Source: an uncultured Thermococci archaeon (lineage in GTDB: Archaea; CAYQAE01; CAYVLA01). Taken from it: a stretch of DNA of 64,000 bases. How positions within the stretch are numbered: the stretch's first letter is position 1; each line of letters begins with the position of its first letter. A model generated the notes under the pieces. It made no database searches, was not told the origin of the DNA, and worked only from the letters and a program-made list of their open reading frames with translations. The stretch covers positions 1-64,000 of the forward strand of contig CAZJVP010000081.1 in assembly GCA_964549615.1 (NCBI GenBank), read 5' to 3'. This document shows, piece after piece, positions 1-9,391 of this stretch. Both the position numbers and the translations under genes were made by a program.

Positions 1-2
1 TT

Positions 3-1256
3 GTGCGGCAGTTTGCCATCCTTGCTCTTTCAGCAAGCATCGCGGGAACGGCCTGCGCCTCGGCCCTAGAAGACGGACGGATCGGAATACTGTACGTGGG
101 TTGTATTGCCCGTTCGCGTCCTTTCTGGGACATGAGGTATGACCCACTGTTTTCCATCACCTTCGTGCAGGCCACGCTTCGAGACTGGGCGGCCTGGGGC
201 CCAATACAGCAGGCAACGGCGGAGCCGCAGGTGTACAGAATGGTCAGGCTATACATGCCGCGTTCCTACTCCCAAATGATCTCGCGGTTCGACCTGATAG
301 TTCTGTCAAACGCAAATCGCGAAGCGGTGGGGCCCGGAAACATCGAGATGCTGGCCAAGGGCGTGCGGGAGGGCGGAATGGCTCTCCTGATGTCGGGGGG
401 GTGGGAGAGCTTCGGCGGTGCCTTCGCGCGCCCGGATTGGGGAACGACCTCTATTGGGCAGCTCCTCCCGACCATCGATGGCGGCAACATCTGGGTGGAG
501 TACCCCCGCGGCGGACTTTACCTTATCATCGACAAGAACAACCATGAGTTCATCAGGAGCATCCCCTGGGAAAGGGAGAAAGCCCCGTTCATGTCCAACT
601 TCCACCACAACCTGGTCAGATCCAAGGAGGGGGCCGAGGTCCTTGCCCACGTCCGGGGCCCGGGCTTTGATGACCACCCGGCGATGGTCACCTGGGAGCT
701 TGAGGGCAAGAACCGGGTCTTCGCCCTGACTGGCGAGATCCACACCATGGCATACGGGCCCTGGCCGTACTATCTGGATTTCGGGGCCAACCTCATGATA
801 TACCTTGAGCGCCGCCCGGTCCCCCAGGACATCGACATGGTACATTCGCTGAGGACCAAGATGTACGCGGTCGCCATAAGGAGGTCGCTGCTGATGAGCC
901 TTTTGGAGTTCTGCGACTCGTTTGGGGCGAACACGGGGAAGATCATACTCCGAATAGACGAGCTTGACAACATGGTGGCACGGGCAAAACCGCTATACCT
1001 GGATCTCCGCTTTGAAGAGACCTTGGATGCCTACAGGAAGGTTGAGGAGGGCCTCGAGATTGTCGAGCAGGACGCAATCCGGCTCAAGGATACGACGCTC
1101 CTTTGGGTCTACCTCATCGAGTGGCTTGCCGTCACAGGAACCTCGATCATCTGTGGGTTCGTCTTGTGGTCGTTCATGGTCCGCCGGAGGCTATACAGGG
1201 AGGTTGGAACCACAATCCTGCGAAGCCGCGAGATGGCTCGGATGGGCTCCTCTTAG
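3..1256 (+). CDS. Membrane-anchored surface protein, paralogue 1 of 6 (class I GATase-like/DUF1355-like domain, helical stalk, C-terminal TM)
   Basis: N-terminal signal-like MRQFAILALSASIAGTACA; DUF1355-like LLMSGGWESFGG..W..T.I..LLP; family C-terminus LLWVYLIEWLAVTGT..GFVLWSFMVRRRLYREVGTT. The start is at the window edge. Confidence 0.8.
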   Translation: MRQFAILALSASIAGTACASALEDGRIGILYVGCIARSRPFWDMRYDPLFSITFVQATLRDWAAWGPIQQATAEPQVYRMVRLYMPRSYSQMISRFDLIVLSNANREAVGPGNIEMLAKGVREGGMALLMSGGWESFGGAFARPDWGTTSIGQLLPTIDGGNIWVEYPRGGLYLIIDKNNHEFIRSIPWEREKAPFMSNFHHNLVRSKEGAEVLAHVRGPGFDDHPAMVTWELEGKNRVFALTGEIHTMAYGPWPYYLDFGANLMIYLERRPVPQDIDMVHSLRTKMYAVAIRRSLLMSLLEFCDSFGANTGKIILRIDELDNMVARAKPLYLDLRFEETLDAYRKVEEGLEIVEQDAIRLKDTTLLWVYLIEWLAVTGTSIICGFVLWSFMVRRRLYREVGTTILRSREMARMGSS

Positions 1257-1807
1257 CCAGCTTGGACCAAGGACGGACAATGGCCCTTTGGCGTGAAAAG
1301 GCAGCGAACACGGAGACCAAGAGTTCAGCAAAGCCAAGAGAGCCGAGCAAGGCCATCCTGAGACGAACCAGGCCCATCCGAGACGCTCTACAGTTCCTTC
1401 AAGATCGGATGAAGCGTGAACAGGTCCACATTCACCAATATCACCCTGCAGAACGTGGCCAGGAGCCGAAGAAGTATCCTGGAAGCCCGCCCTTGCCCTG
1501 CGTATCGGCCCGGGGTATGCCTAGCGGGGCGTCGTGCCCTCCGTCAGCGGGCTCGGTGCGCCGTTTGGCCTCAACATGGCCGCGATCCACTTCGCCCTTC
1601 CGCGCCGAACCCTCCTGACCCGGTAAGGATATCCTCCACCGCGTCTAGGCTAATCTGTGACCTCCGCAGCTGCATTGCGCGCGCCCTCGGGTGGCCATAA
1701 TCCCGGGAGACGCCCTCCGGCGCGAGCGAAAGGCAGCTTGACCATCTCCGGATTACGCCTCCATGCCGCGTTGCATGATCAAAGAAGAGCCGCGCTCTGG
1801 GCTCACC

Positions 1808-3109
1808 TTACTCCTCATCCTCGTTCAATACCAAGGTGACTTTCTCCTGTTTCTTGCCCAGATCCGCCTTGACCCCGCATGGATTCCTCACCAAGATGGA
1901 TCCGGTGACGTCGAACAGCCCGTGATCTCCCTCGGCATCCTCCACCGTGATGACGGGCCTAGCCCTGTCATCCTCCACAAGGCATCGGACGAAGTCGATC
2001 CCGCCGAGTCTGCTCGTTATGTCGGTTTTGAACAGGTGAATCCAGATGGGCGCCCATGCTCCCCGGTAGGCTCGATTCCTGGCAACGTTTCTCAGCCTGC
2101 AATTGACGAACCGAACCCTGGCTCCGCCCGCCGACTTGTCCTGAACCTTGATGCCGTAGCCCTCGGTGTTCTCGATCGTGCAGTCGCGGAACTCGATGAG
2201 CCCGCCGGGACCATCGTCCCTGACCTTAGCAACCCGCACCCCAGACCCCCTCCTGCTGGCCACCCGGCAGTTGTCAAACAGAACCTGCACATCTCCCGAC
2301 TCGGCCCTCATATTGGCGAGGAAGACCTCGATGCCGTCTCCGTAGTTGTCGAGGAAAGAGCAGTTGCGGAAGACGACGTCCCTCACCCTCTCCTGGGGGG
2401 AATCCGGCTCGATGTCCACGCCGGAGGACGGAGGCGTGCCCCACGTGTTGCTGAAGACGCTGTTCTCCACAAGCAGGCCGTCGACGCTGATGATGCTGAT
2501 GCCCTGGCGATAGTTGTTATCACACACGACATCCCGTATGTGGATGTCCTTGCAGTATCTCTGCCTGCTCCCTCCGCCGATGTAGATCCCGTCCCCTCCG
2601 CTGTCGCGAAGGGTCACGCCGAAGACCTTGACGTTCGTGCAGCCCACGACGGAGAGGGCCATGCGCCATTCCGCCTTCGGGTACTGCCCAAACCACCGAT
2701 CCCAGTTGAAGTCGACCAGCACCTTTCCGACGATGTAGTCCTCCTTCTGCATCCGGATCGTCGCCTCGTAGCCGCGGATGGTCAAGTTCGAGAGATCTTT
2801 CGCTGTGAACACGCTGTCCCCGCTGCCGTGGTACTCCCCCCTCTTGGCGGTAACAACCGTGCCGGGCTCAAGCACAAGCTCCTGGTTACCGGCGAGGCGG
2901 ATCGGCCTGACGACCCAGTCCCTTGTCATGTTTGGAATCAGGAGCCTTCTTGCCCCGGAGTCGATCGCCCTCTGAAGTGCGTCCGTCGAGTCCTCCTCGT
3001 CGAATCCCCACCAGGCCGCGTTTGCCACCTTCCTCTGCCCCGATGCAACCTCCCTCACCGCCCGAGGGCTCCGAACGTTGCCTGGAATTCTCATGTTACC
3101 TCGTCCCAT
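1808..3109 (-). CDS. Right-handed parallel beta-helix protein (pectate lyase-like fold)
   Basis: DSTDALQRAIDSG N-terminal motif; repeated beta-helix rungs DGIYIGG, NNYRQGISII, GVDIEP, NYGDGIEV; no signal peptide. Confidence 0.8.
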   Translation of the reverse strand: MGRGNMRIPGNVRSPRAVREVASGQRKVANAAWWGFDEEDSTDALQRAIDSGARRLLIPNMTRDWVVRPIRLAGNQELVLEPGTVVTAKRGEYHGSGDSVFTAKDLSNLTIRGYEATIRMQKEDYIVGKVLVDFNWDRWFGQYPKAEWRMALSVVGCTNVKVFGVTLRDSGGDGIYIGGGSRQRYCKDIHIRDVVCDNNYRQGISIISVDGLLVENSVFSNTWGTPPSSGVDIEPDSPQERVRDVVFRNCSFLDNYGDGIEVFLANMRAESGDVQVLFDNCRVASRRGSGVRVAKVRDDGPGGLIEFRDCTIENTEGYGIKVQDKSAGGARVRFVNCRLRNVARNRAYRGAWAPIWIHLFKTDITSRLGGIDFVRCLVEDDRARPVITVEDAEGDHGLFDVTGSILVRNPCGVKADLGKKQEKVTLVLNEDEE

Positions 3110-3252
3110 GATCAGACCTCGCCCAAAGGAACATGTACCTCCGCGCAGCCTTCGCCCGCGGTTCGCCTGAACGAATCAGTTCCCATTTTGGCCTTGGGCC
3201 GATCGGAGTCACGCCCCAGTTCATGGTCCATGTCCTCGCCCTCCCATTCCTC

Positions 3253-5343
3253 TCAGCAAAGGTTATCCTCCGACTCGCACTCGAACATCATTCCCACCAG
3301 CTTCTTGAGATGCCTGTCCAGATCGATTCCCGCGCTTAGGTCCCACAGACACGTCTTCATCTGCCGCATGGCCAGCACGGACACGATCCAGCTCTGCGTC
3401 CAGCCGCTCTCCACGGACCAGACGCCCCACCCGGCATCCGCGTTGCTGCCCCAGTAGTCCCATTTCTGGAAGTCGGAGGCCCTGCACCATGCGCCGTCAA
3501 GTTCGGGATGTCTCTCAGAAGTCATCTGTATCCGGCAGAGGAACCGAGCAAGCCTGTCCTCCGCCCGGACAAAGAGCGCCTCGCCGGTAGCGACTGCGGC
3601 CTCGTGCAGGCCCAGGAACGCGAAGTTGCTCGTGTACAGCATGTCGCAGATGGGATCGCCGTTTTGCTGCAGCACGGTCGCCTCGTGCCTGCCATAGTCC
3701 TCGTTTGACTTGGGAGGACCATAAGACCCCTTGCCCGGGCCGCCGAGCTCCTCGCGGATGGCCCCGCAGCGGTCCTGTTGGGCGGACACCTCCCTGCCCA
3801 TGAGCCTGAGCCATTCACGGTTCTCGCGCGTATCCTCAACTCGCACGAGCCAGGCAAGGGGAAGGATCATTCGCGCACGTTCCTGAGCGATGCCATTGGT
3901 CCACCTCCACTCGCCCGGATAGGCCTCCATCATCATCCGGATACCCGTCCTCGCTTTGGACAGGAACGGCTCGTACCGTGTCTGTCGAAAAGCCCACAGA
4001 TAGCAGGCCCACAGGTACGCCTCGTAATGAGGGGCATAGAAGATCTCGGGACGGTTGTAGAAGTGACGCCAGCCCCTCTCCTGAAGCTCCGGCTCCTCGA
4101 GCCTCCATCCCCGAAAGCCCTTCGAGCCTGTGGTGCGCAGGTTGGCGAGCAGGCAGCGTAGCAGAGGCTCGTTCCATCTCTCGCACCGCAGCATGGATAT
4201 GGCGGCGACCATCCCTAGCATGGCCCGCGCGTTGTCGTCCCCATAGTAGATCGAGTCGGCCGGCGGCGAAACACCCCAGCTCAGCAAGCCAAACGAAGGA
4301 CTCTTGGGATCAGCCCGGGGTCCCTTCGCGAAAACCGATCTGAAGAAGATGTAATCCAACAGATTGCGGGCGATCCTCGGACCGGGATGGCCTTTCCGGA
4401 TCAGCCCGCCGAAGGAGAGGGCCCCCGCGCCCTCGCCGATGCAGTCAGCTCTCAGGCTCCGATGCATGAGCTGGGTTCCATCGGGATTGATCAGCGACGC
4501 AAAGCCCTCCATCAGTCCGCCTCTGCCATCTTTGGCGGGTCCTTCCCAGGAGGTGGGGGATCGGCCCCCTTGGGCAACTGCCCCGGTCGTGCCGAGCTCT
4601 TCGCCCAAGAGTAGGCCCGAGTTGATGAACCACTCAAGACCGCGGCGGAAGGCAAGCCTCTCAGCGTTCCGGGGCAACATCCCTTCTTTCCCATATGACG
4701 GTCTCACTGTTGGGACCCACGTGAACTCGGGAATTCCTCTTCCGGGAGCCAACAGTCCCAAGATGGTCTGCCAGATGAACTTCCAAGCCTGCGTCGGGCT
4801 GTACCGTGCCGTGACGAAGTGGCTCAGCTTCGTCGAGGCGATCAGCGCGTCGTAGCGGGGGTGTCTGAACAGGAGCGGATAAGCCTCCTTGGGCAGGCCA
4901 TAGACCGCCCGGTCCAGGCCCGCGACCCTCCCGATGGCAAGAAGCGGATCTTCGGCCCGCATCGGCAAGAACCGACAAGCATGCAGGTCCAAGATCGTCA
5001 AGCGACCAAGGAGGGGATCAAACGCATCGGACGTAACGATCCCTCTTTCCCACTCGGCAGCCCGGGGCGGGCCGATCTCAACCCCTGGCAACGACGCTGG
5101 GAACTCGATGTATGTGCGAACTCCGCGTTCTGCCGCCTTCGTGAGGATGGTCTCATCGACCTCGGTCGTGGTGACGGGATAGCCATCGGCCATGATCAGA
5201 AGTCCGCCGCCGCTGGGGACACCGTCGACGGCCTCATCGGGTGCGTCAAAGCGAGGAAATCGATACCCGCTGGACGCGAGCACGGCGTATAGGTCGTTGT
5301 CCGGACTGCAGCTGAAGCCGAGGGGCAACTCGGAGCGCACCAT
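3253..5343 (-). CDS. Conserved hypothetical protein, possible (alpha/alpha)6-barrel glycosidase-like
   Basis: 696-aa ORF with natural composition; aromatic/acidic motifs YYGDDNARA, APHYEAYLWA, WTNGIAQERARM, ESGWTQSWI. The fold is inferred. Confidence 0.55.
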   Translation of the reverse strand: MVRSELPLGFSCSPDNDLYAVLASSGYRFPRFDAPDEAVDGVPSGGGLLIMADGYPVTTTEVDETILTKAAERGVRTYIEFPASLPGVEIGPPRAAEWERGIVTSDAFDPLLGRLTILDLHACRFLPMRAEDPLLAIGRVAGLDRAVYGLPKEAYPLLFRHPRYDALIASTKLSHFVTARYSPTQAWKFIWQTILGLLAPGRGIPEFTWVPTVRPSYGKEGMLPRNAERLAFRRGLEWFINSGLLLGEELGTTGAVAQGGRSPTSWEGPAKDGRGGLMEGFASLINPDGTQLMHRSLRADCIGEGAGALSFGGLIRKGHPGPRIARNLLDYIFFRSVFAKGPRADPKSPSFGLLSWGVSPPADSIYYGDDNARAMLGMVAAISMLRCERWNEPLLRCLLANLRTTGSKGFRGWRLEEPELQERGWRHFYNRPEIFYAPHYEAYLWACYLWAFRQTRYEPFLSKARTGIRMMMEAYPGEWRWTNGIAQERARMILPLAWLVRVEDTRENREWLRLMGREVSAQQDRCGAIREELGGPGKGSYGPPKSNEDYGRHEATVLQQNGDPICDMLYTSNFAFLGLHEAAVATGEALFVRAEDRLARFLCRIQMTSERHPELDGAWCRASDFQKWDYWGSNADAGWGVWSVESGWTQSWIVSVLAMRQMKTCLWDLSAGIDLDRHLKKLVGMMFECESEDNLC

Positions 5344-5752
5344 AATGATTCAAACCCGCCGGGAAACCCGACAGAAAAATTCGTCCCTGCTCGCGGCAGA
5401 CCGAAATGGTCTCACGGGAACGACCCTTCGATGTGGCTCGATCGAGAGCAAGAATGGAAGGACGGAATGGGCACGCCCGTAACCCTGTAGATGTTAATGC
5501 TACCCGTCGTGGGGGTGAGCCAAATCCTTCGGGTGGCCGAAGGAGCCGGTCGTACTGCAGGCATGATCCCGTGCGTCCTGCCAGCCCAGAATCCCGGACG
5601 CGACCCATGCGAGGGGAGAGGCCAACGGCAACCCAGGAAATCCTTTCAACGAGCGGGGCCAACCGCCGGCGAAGGAAGGCGGACGCCGATCGATCCCGAG
5701 AAGCTTAATAAGGTGCTGGGGACAGGCTGCGGAAATAATCCGAGGCGAGAAG

Positions 5753-6991
5753 ATGATATCGGCTGCTGATCGTGAGATCCTGCGCGACCTTGCCAATCGC
5801 GTGGCCGAGATAGCGGCGCTGCCAATCCAGGAGGAGCGTCGAGAGCTCTGGAAGGCTCATAACAGCCTTCAGCCAACACGGCCAATGATGCTCATCTTCC
5901 CTGAGGGATCGTGGGAGGAGCTCTTGCCCAACGAGAGCCTCAAGTGCGAAGGGGAGGAGGCGCGCCGCATCGAGTTCGATCTGCGGCACCGCATATACAA
6001 GCACGAGCACTTCCAAGATGATGCGGTCACGGAGGGGGAGTGGATTGTCCAGAAGGTGATCCACAATTCGGGCTGGGGCCTGGAGGGCAAACGGATCCCC
6101 AGCCCTGAGGCGCGCGGGGCATGGAAATTCGACCCAGTCATCCAAGCGCCGTCGGACCTGAAGAAACTGCGCTTTCCCCAGATCACCTATGACAAGGAGG
6201 CCACGGAGCGAAAGCTGGGGGAGTTCCAGGATCTTTTCGGCGGCATCCTCGAAGTCAAGCTCAAGGGGGTCGCACACATCTCCTATCACTTGATGAGCCA
6301 GTACACCAGCTGGCGGGGGCTCAGGCAGATGATGACCGACATGTACCGGCAGCCCAAGATGCTTCACGAGGCCATGGCCTTCCTGGTGGAGGGCCACCGA
6401 CGCATCCTGCAACAGTACATCGACCAGAACCTGCTCTCGCTGAACAACGACGGCACTTATCACAGCTCCGGCGGGAACGGCTACACGGACGAGCTGCCCA
6501 AGCCTGGTTTTGATCCCAACCGCGTCCGGCCATGCGACATGTGGGCCAGCGCCGAGTCGCAGGAGTTGGCACAGGTGGGCCCCAAGCAACATGCGGAGTT
6601 TGCCCTCCGGTACGAGAAACAACTGCTGAAGCCCTTCGGGCTGAACGGCTACGGCTGCTGCGAGGACCTGACCCTCAAACTGGACGATGTCTTCACCATC
6701 CCTAACATCCGCAGAATCTCCATCTCACCTTTTGCAGATGTCGACAAGTGCGCGCCCAAACTCGGCGGAGACTACATCTTCTCGTGGAAACCGCACCCCA
6801 CCCACCTTGTTGGGAAATTCGATGCGGACATGATCCGAACCTACATACGGCACACGATCGATGTCGCCCAGGAGAACGGCTGCGTGCTCGAGATCATCCT
6901 AAAGGACACCCACACGTGCGAACATCAGCCCGAACGCTTCGACCGATGGAGCCAGATAGCGAGGGAAGAGATCGAGCGCGCAAGCCGGTAG
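5753..6991 (+). CDS. Uroporphyrinogen decarboxylase/methyltransferase-like TIM-barrel hypothetical protein
   Basis: Motifs WASAESQELAQVGP..HAEF, YGCCEDL, RRISISPFAD, FSWKPHP, EIILKDTHT, typical of this anaerobe family; AT-rich TATA-like element at ~5704-5712. Confidence 0.6.
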   Translation: MISAADREILRDLANRVAEIAALPIQEERRELWKAHNSLQPTRPMMLIFPEGSWEELLPNESLKCEGEEARRIEFDLRHRIYKHEHFQDDAVTEGEWIVQKVIHNSGWGLEGKRIPSPEARGAWKFDPVIQAPSDLKKLRFPQITYDKEATERKLGEFQDLFGGILEVKLKGVAHISYHLMSQYTSWRGLRQMMTDMYRQPKMLHEAMAFLVEGHRRILQQYIDQNLLSLNNDGTYHSSGGNGYTDELPKPGFDPNRVRPCDMWASAESQELAQVGPKQHAEFALRYEKQLLKPFGLNGYGCCEDLTLKLDDVFTIPNIRRISISPFADVDKCAPKLGGDYIFSWKPHPTHLVGKFDADMIRTYIRHTIDVAQENGCVLEIILKDTHTCEHQPERFDRWSQIAREEIERASR

Positions 6992-7066
6992 CCGTCCACG
7001 GCGATCTCGATCTCTGAATCGGGGTGGGAGAAGGTCGGGGCAAGGACCGGCGCGCAACCGTCAAAC

Positions 7067-7858
7067 TCATTCTTCGTATGCCTTCATCGTCGCGAGCTCG
7101 CGCGGGAGGTGGATCTCCCAAGGCTCCCAGCCGATCCACTCCCCGCTAAGATAGCCATCGTATCCCGCATCCTTCAGTAGACGAACGGCCGTCCGATGGT
7201 CGATTGTCCCCCGACCGACGGGCACCAACTCTAGCTTTCCATCCCTTTCGATGCCGTCGTGGAAATGGACATGTCTTATCCAGCAACGGAGCGCCTCGAA
7301 TGCTTCCGTGATGGTGGCATGCCGCGCGCGCACCGGATGCATGATGTCCCAATTGACGCCAATGCTCGGATGATTCACCCGCCGCATGACCTCGGCCACG
7401 TGCTCCGGATCGCACCATGCATCGTGGGTTTCCATGCACACGATCACCCGTCTTTCCCGGGCGCGCTCCGCGAGCGAATCCAGCGCCCTTACGACGACCC
7501 CGATCGCTTCCTCTCGAGACATATCGTCCGGGAACTTGCCTCCAAAGACGCGCAGCCGAGATACGCCTATGTCCCCCGCGAGGTCGATTCGTCGCAGCGC
7601 ATCGCGGATGTTTCCTTGAACGTTCTCGGGATCAGCGAAACGGCACGATGTGGCAAGGCAGCAGATGGGAACCCTCCCGCCGGCCACCGTCTCCCGGATC
7701 TCCCGGCGAGCACTCCGAGTTGCATCGGCTTCCACGCCATGCTTGTGCCCAGCATCCAACCGTAACTCGACCCCGTCGTAGCCGAACTTTCGCGCAACCG
7801 TCAGCATCTCGGCAAGGGATAGCTCCGGACATGAAAAGCTCATGAATGAGTACTTCAT
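7067..7858 (-). CDS. Sugar phosphate isomerase/epimerase (xylose isomerase-like TIM barrel)
   Basis: GYDGVELR, LRVFGG, METHD, NWDIMH, HVHFHD, GYDGYLSGEW. Start reset to the ATG at 7858 (MKYSFMSF). Confidence 0.88.
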   Translation of the reverse strand: MKYSFMSFSCPELSLAEMLTVARKFGYDGVELRLDAGHKHGVEADATRSARREIRETVAGGRVPICCLATSCRFADPENVQGNIRDALRRIDLAGDIGVSRLRVFGGKFPDDMSREEAIGVVVRALDSLAERARERRVIVCMETHDAWCDPEHVAEVMRRVNHPSIGVNWDIMHPVRARHATITEAFEALRCWIRHVHFHDGIERDGKLELVPVGRGTIDHRTAVRLLKDAGYDGYLSGEWIGWEPWEIHLPRELATMKAYEE

Positions 7859-8102
7859 GGATTTCCATCCTTCGTGTTTTTCCGTGCCGCTAGCCAGCCG
7901 CTCAAGGGCGAGAGGATAGGCCGCAGGGGACAAGCGGTGGCCCATGAAAGTATACAGCCATTCCGCGCGCGGCATTGCGTAGCCGAAAGGCGGGCCTCTT
8001 AAGTATTGCCTGAACGAGCTGAACACTTCTCGCCAAAACAGGCCGGCAAGGCCCTCAGGGTACTCGCTGAGCTTTATATGGAGGAATGCCCCGGAATAGG
8101 GG

Positions 8103-9332
8103 ATGGAAACGAGGCCACGGGAAAAGCATACCGCCGGGCGTCCCGGTGGCTCGTCCATCTGTCTTCTCATAGCTCTCACCGCCCTATTCCGTCCCCCGGC
8201 CCTCGCAAACGGAGAGACCGAAAGAATATCCGTCTTCCTGATCGGCGAGACCCACCCATCTCTCAACCCCCTCACCGGCTATTTCGCCGAGGACCCTCTC
8301 TTTAGATACAGCCTGGAGCGAATCCCAAGTGGGCTGACCGACCCCGAGAGACAGAGGCTCGATCGCCTCTACTATCCCCGCACGCGGGAGGTTCTCCTTG
8401 AGTCTTACGATATGCTATTCTTCTCTGATGCCCGCATCCAGCACTTCACCCCCAGGCAGTTCCACGATCTTGACTACGCCTTCAGGGAGGCCGGCATGCC
8501 ATCGTTCTGGAGCTTCGGCCCTGCATATGGCAAGGCGATCCAGAACAACATCCTTTCCGAGGCTCTGCCCATCTCCGCCTATGACGGATACTACCACCGC
8601 CCTTGGCGCGTGGTCTTCCGCAGGGAAAGAGATCCCGTGTTTCTGCCCTTCATCTCCTTGGGCATGGAGAGCATTCCGGGTGAGGCATATGCCAAGATGA
8701 GCACGCGGCAAGGTTCGACCATCTGGGCAGATATGCAGCCCCTGAATTTGCCCTGGATGGTGTCTTGGAGGCCGGGCCAAGACGGCGGGCTGACATGGGT
8801 TAATGCGGACGAGCTCAACCTGTATTGGTGGGGACTTGAGGCAAGCGTAAGGGGATGCAATCCGTACGCCATCGACATGGTCACGAACCTCGTTCTCTAC
8901 TCGGTGGGGGGGCAACTTGTGACCGACGTCCTCGCTAGGCGCGACGCAAGGCAAAGGATCTCGGCGTTCATGGCCCAAAAGTCGAGCGTAATCTCGCTGC
9001 TGGAATGGGCCGACCTATTCGGGACCAACACCCTGCCACTTTCCACCGCGCTGATGCAGCTTGACTCTTCCCTCGAGAGGGCAACGGACCGCTACCTGGC
9101 CCAGGACTACGCTGCGTCGATCTCCCTAATGGAAGAGACGGACCAGCAACTGGCCGAGCTAGGCACGCGCGCGATCCGGCTCAAGGATGAAGCGCTCTTT
9201 TGGGTCTACCTGTCGGAGTGGTCGGCGGTGACGTCAACCGGGATCGTCACGGGGCTGGTGCTCTGGACGCTGATGGTGCGAAGGAGAATGTACAGGGCAG
9301 TCGGGGTGACCAAGCCCAAGTCCTTGACATAG
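8103..9332 (+). CDS. Membrane-anchored surface protein, paralogue 2 of 6
   Basis: Signal-like ICLLIALTALF; EDPLFRY..RLDRLYYPRTRE..YD; NPYAIDMVTN; FGTN; KDEALFWVYLSEWSAVTSTG..LWTLMVRRRMYRAVGVT. Confidence 0.8.
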   Translation: METRPREKHTAGRPGGSSICLLIALTALFRPPALANGETERISVFLIGETHPSLNPLTGYFAEDPLFRYSLERIPSGLTDPERQRLDRLYYPRTREVLLESYDMLFFSDARIQHFTPRQFHDLDYAFREAGMPSFWSFGPAYGKAIQNNILSEALPISAYDGYYHRPWRVVFRRERDPVFLPFISLGMESIPGEAYAKMSTRQGSTIWADMQPLNLPWMVSWRPGQDGGLTWVNADELNLYWWGLEASVRGCNPYAIDMVTNLVLYSVGGQLVTDVLARRDARQRISAFMAQKSSVISLLEWADLFGTNTLPLSTALMQLDSSLERATDRYLAQDYAASISLMEETDQQLAELGTRAIRLKDEALFWVYLSEWSAVTSTGIVTGLVLWTLMVRRRMYRAVGVTKPKSLT

Positions 9333-9391
9333 CGTTGGGCCTGCGCGAACCCGGCCAACCCTCTCGCGCACCGGAGGCAGTTGCGCCGTAA

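Noticed and set aside
1257-1807. Short ORFs in the intergenic gaps 1257-1807, 14868-15416, 17668-18063 and 27364-27828
   Set aside because: No recognisable motifs or convincing start signals; they may be gene remnants but cannot be supported.
1763-3457. 564-aa + strand ORF, and similar long antisense ORFs (5705-6622, 9437-10471, 11732-12601, 15614-16516, 35050-36174, 52877-53713)
   Set aside because: They are shadow frames opposite well-supported genes, expected from GC-rich codon usage, and show no motifs.
5525-5544. 8-bp perfect hairpin TCCTTCGG-GTGG-CCGAAGGA in a divergent intergenic region
   Set aside because: Single occurrence in GC-rich DNA with no U-tract or second copy; function cannot be supported.
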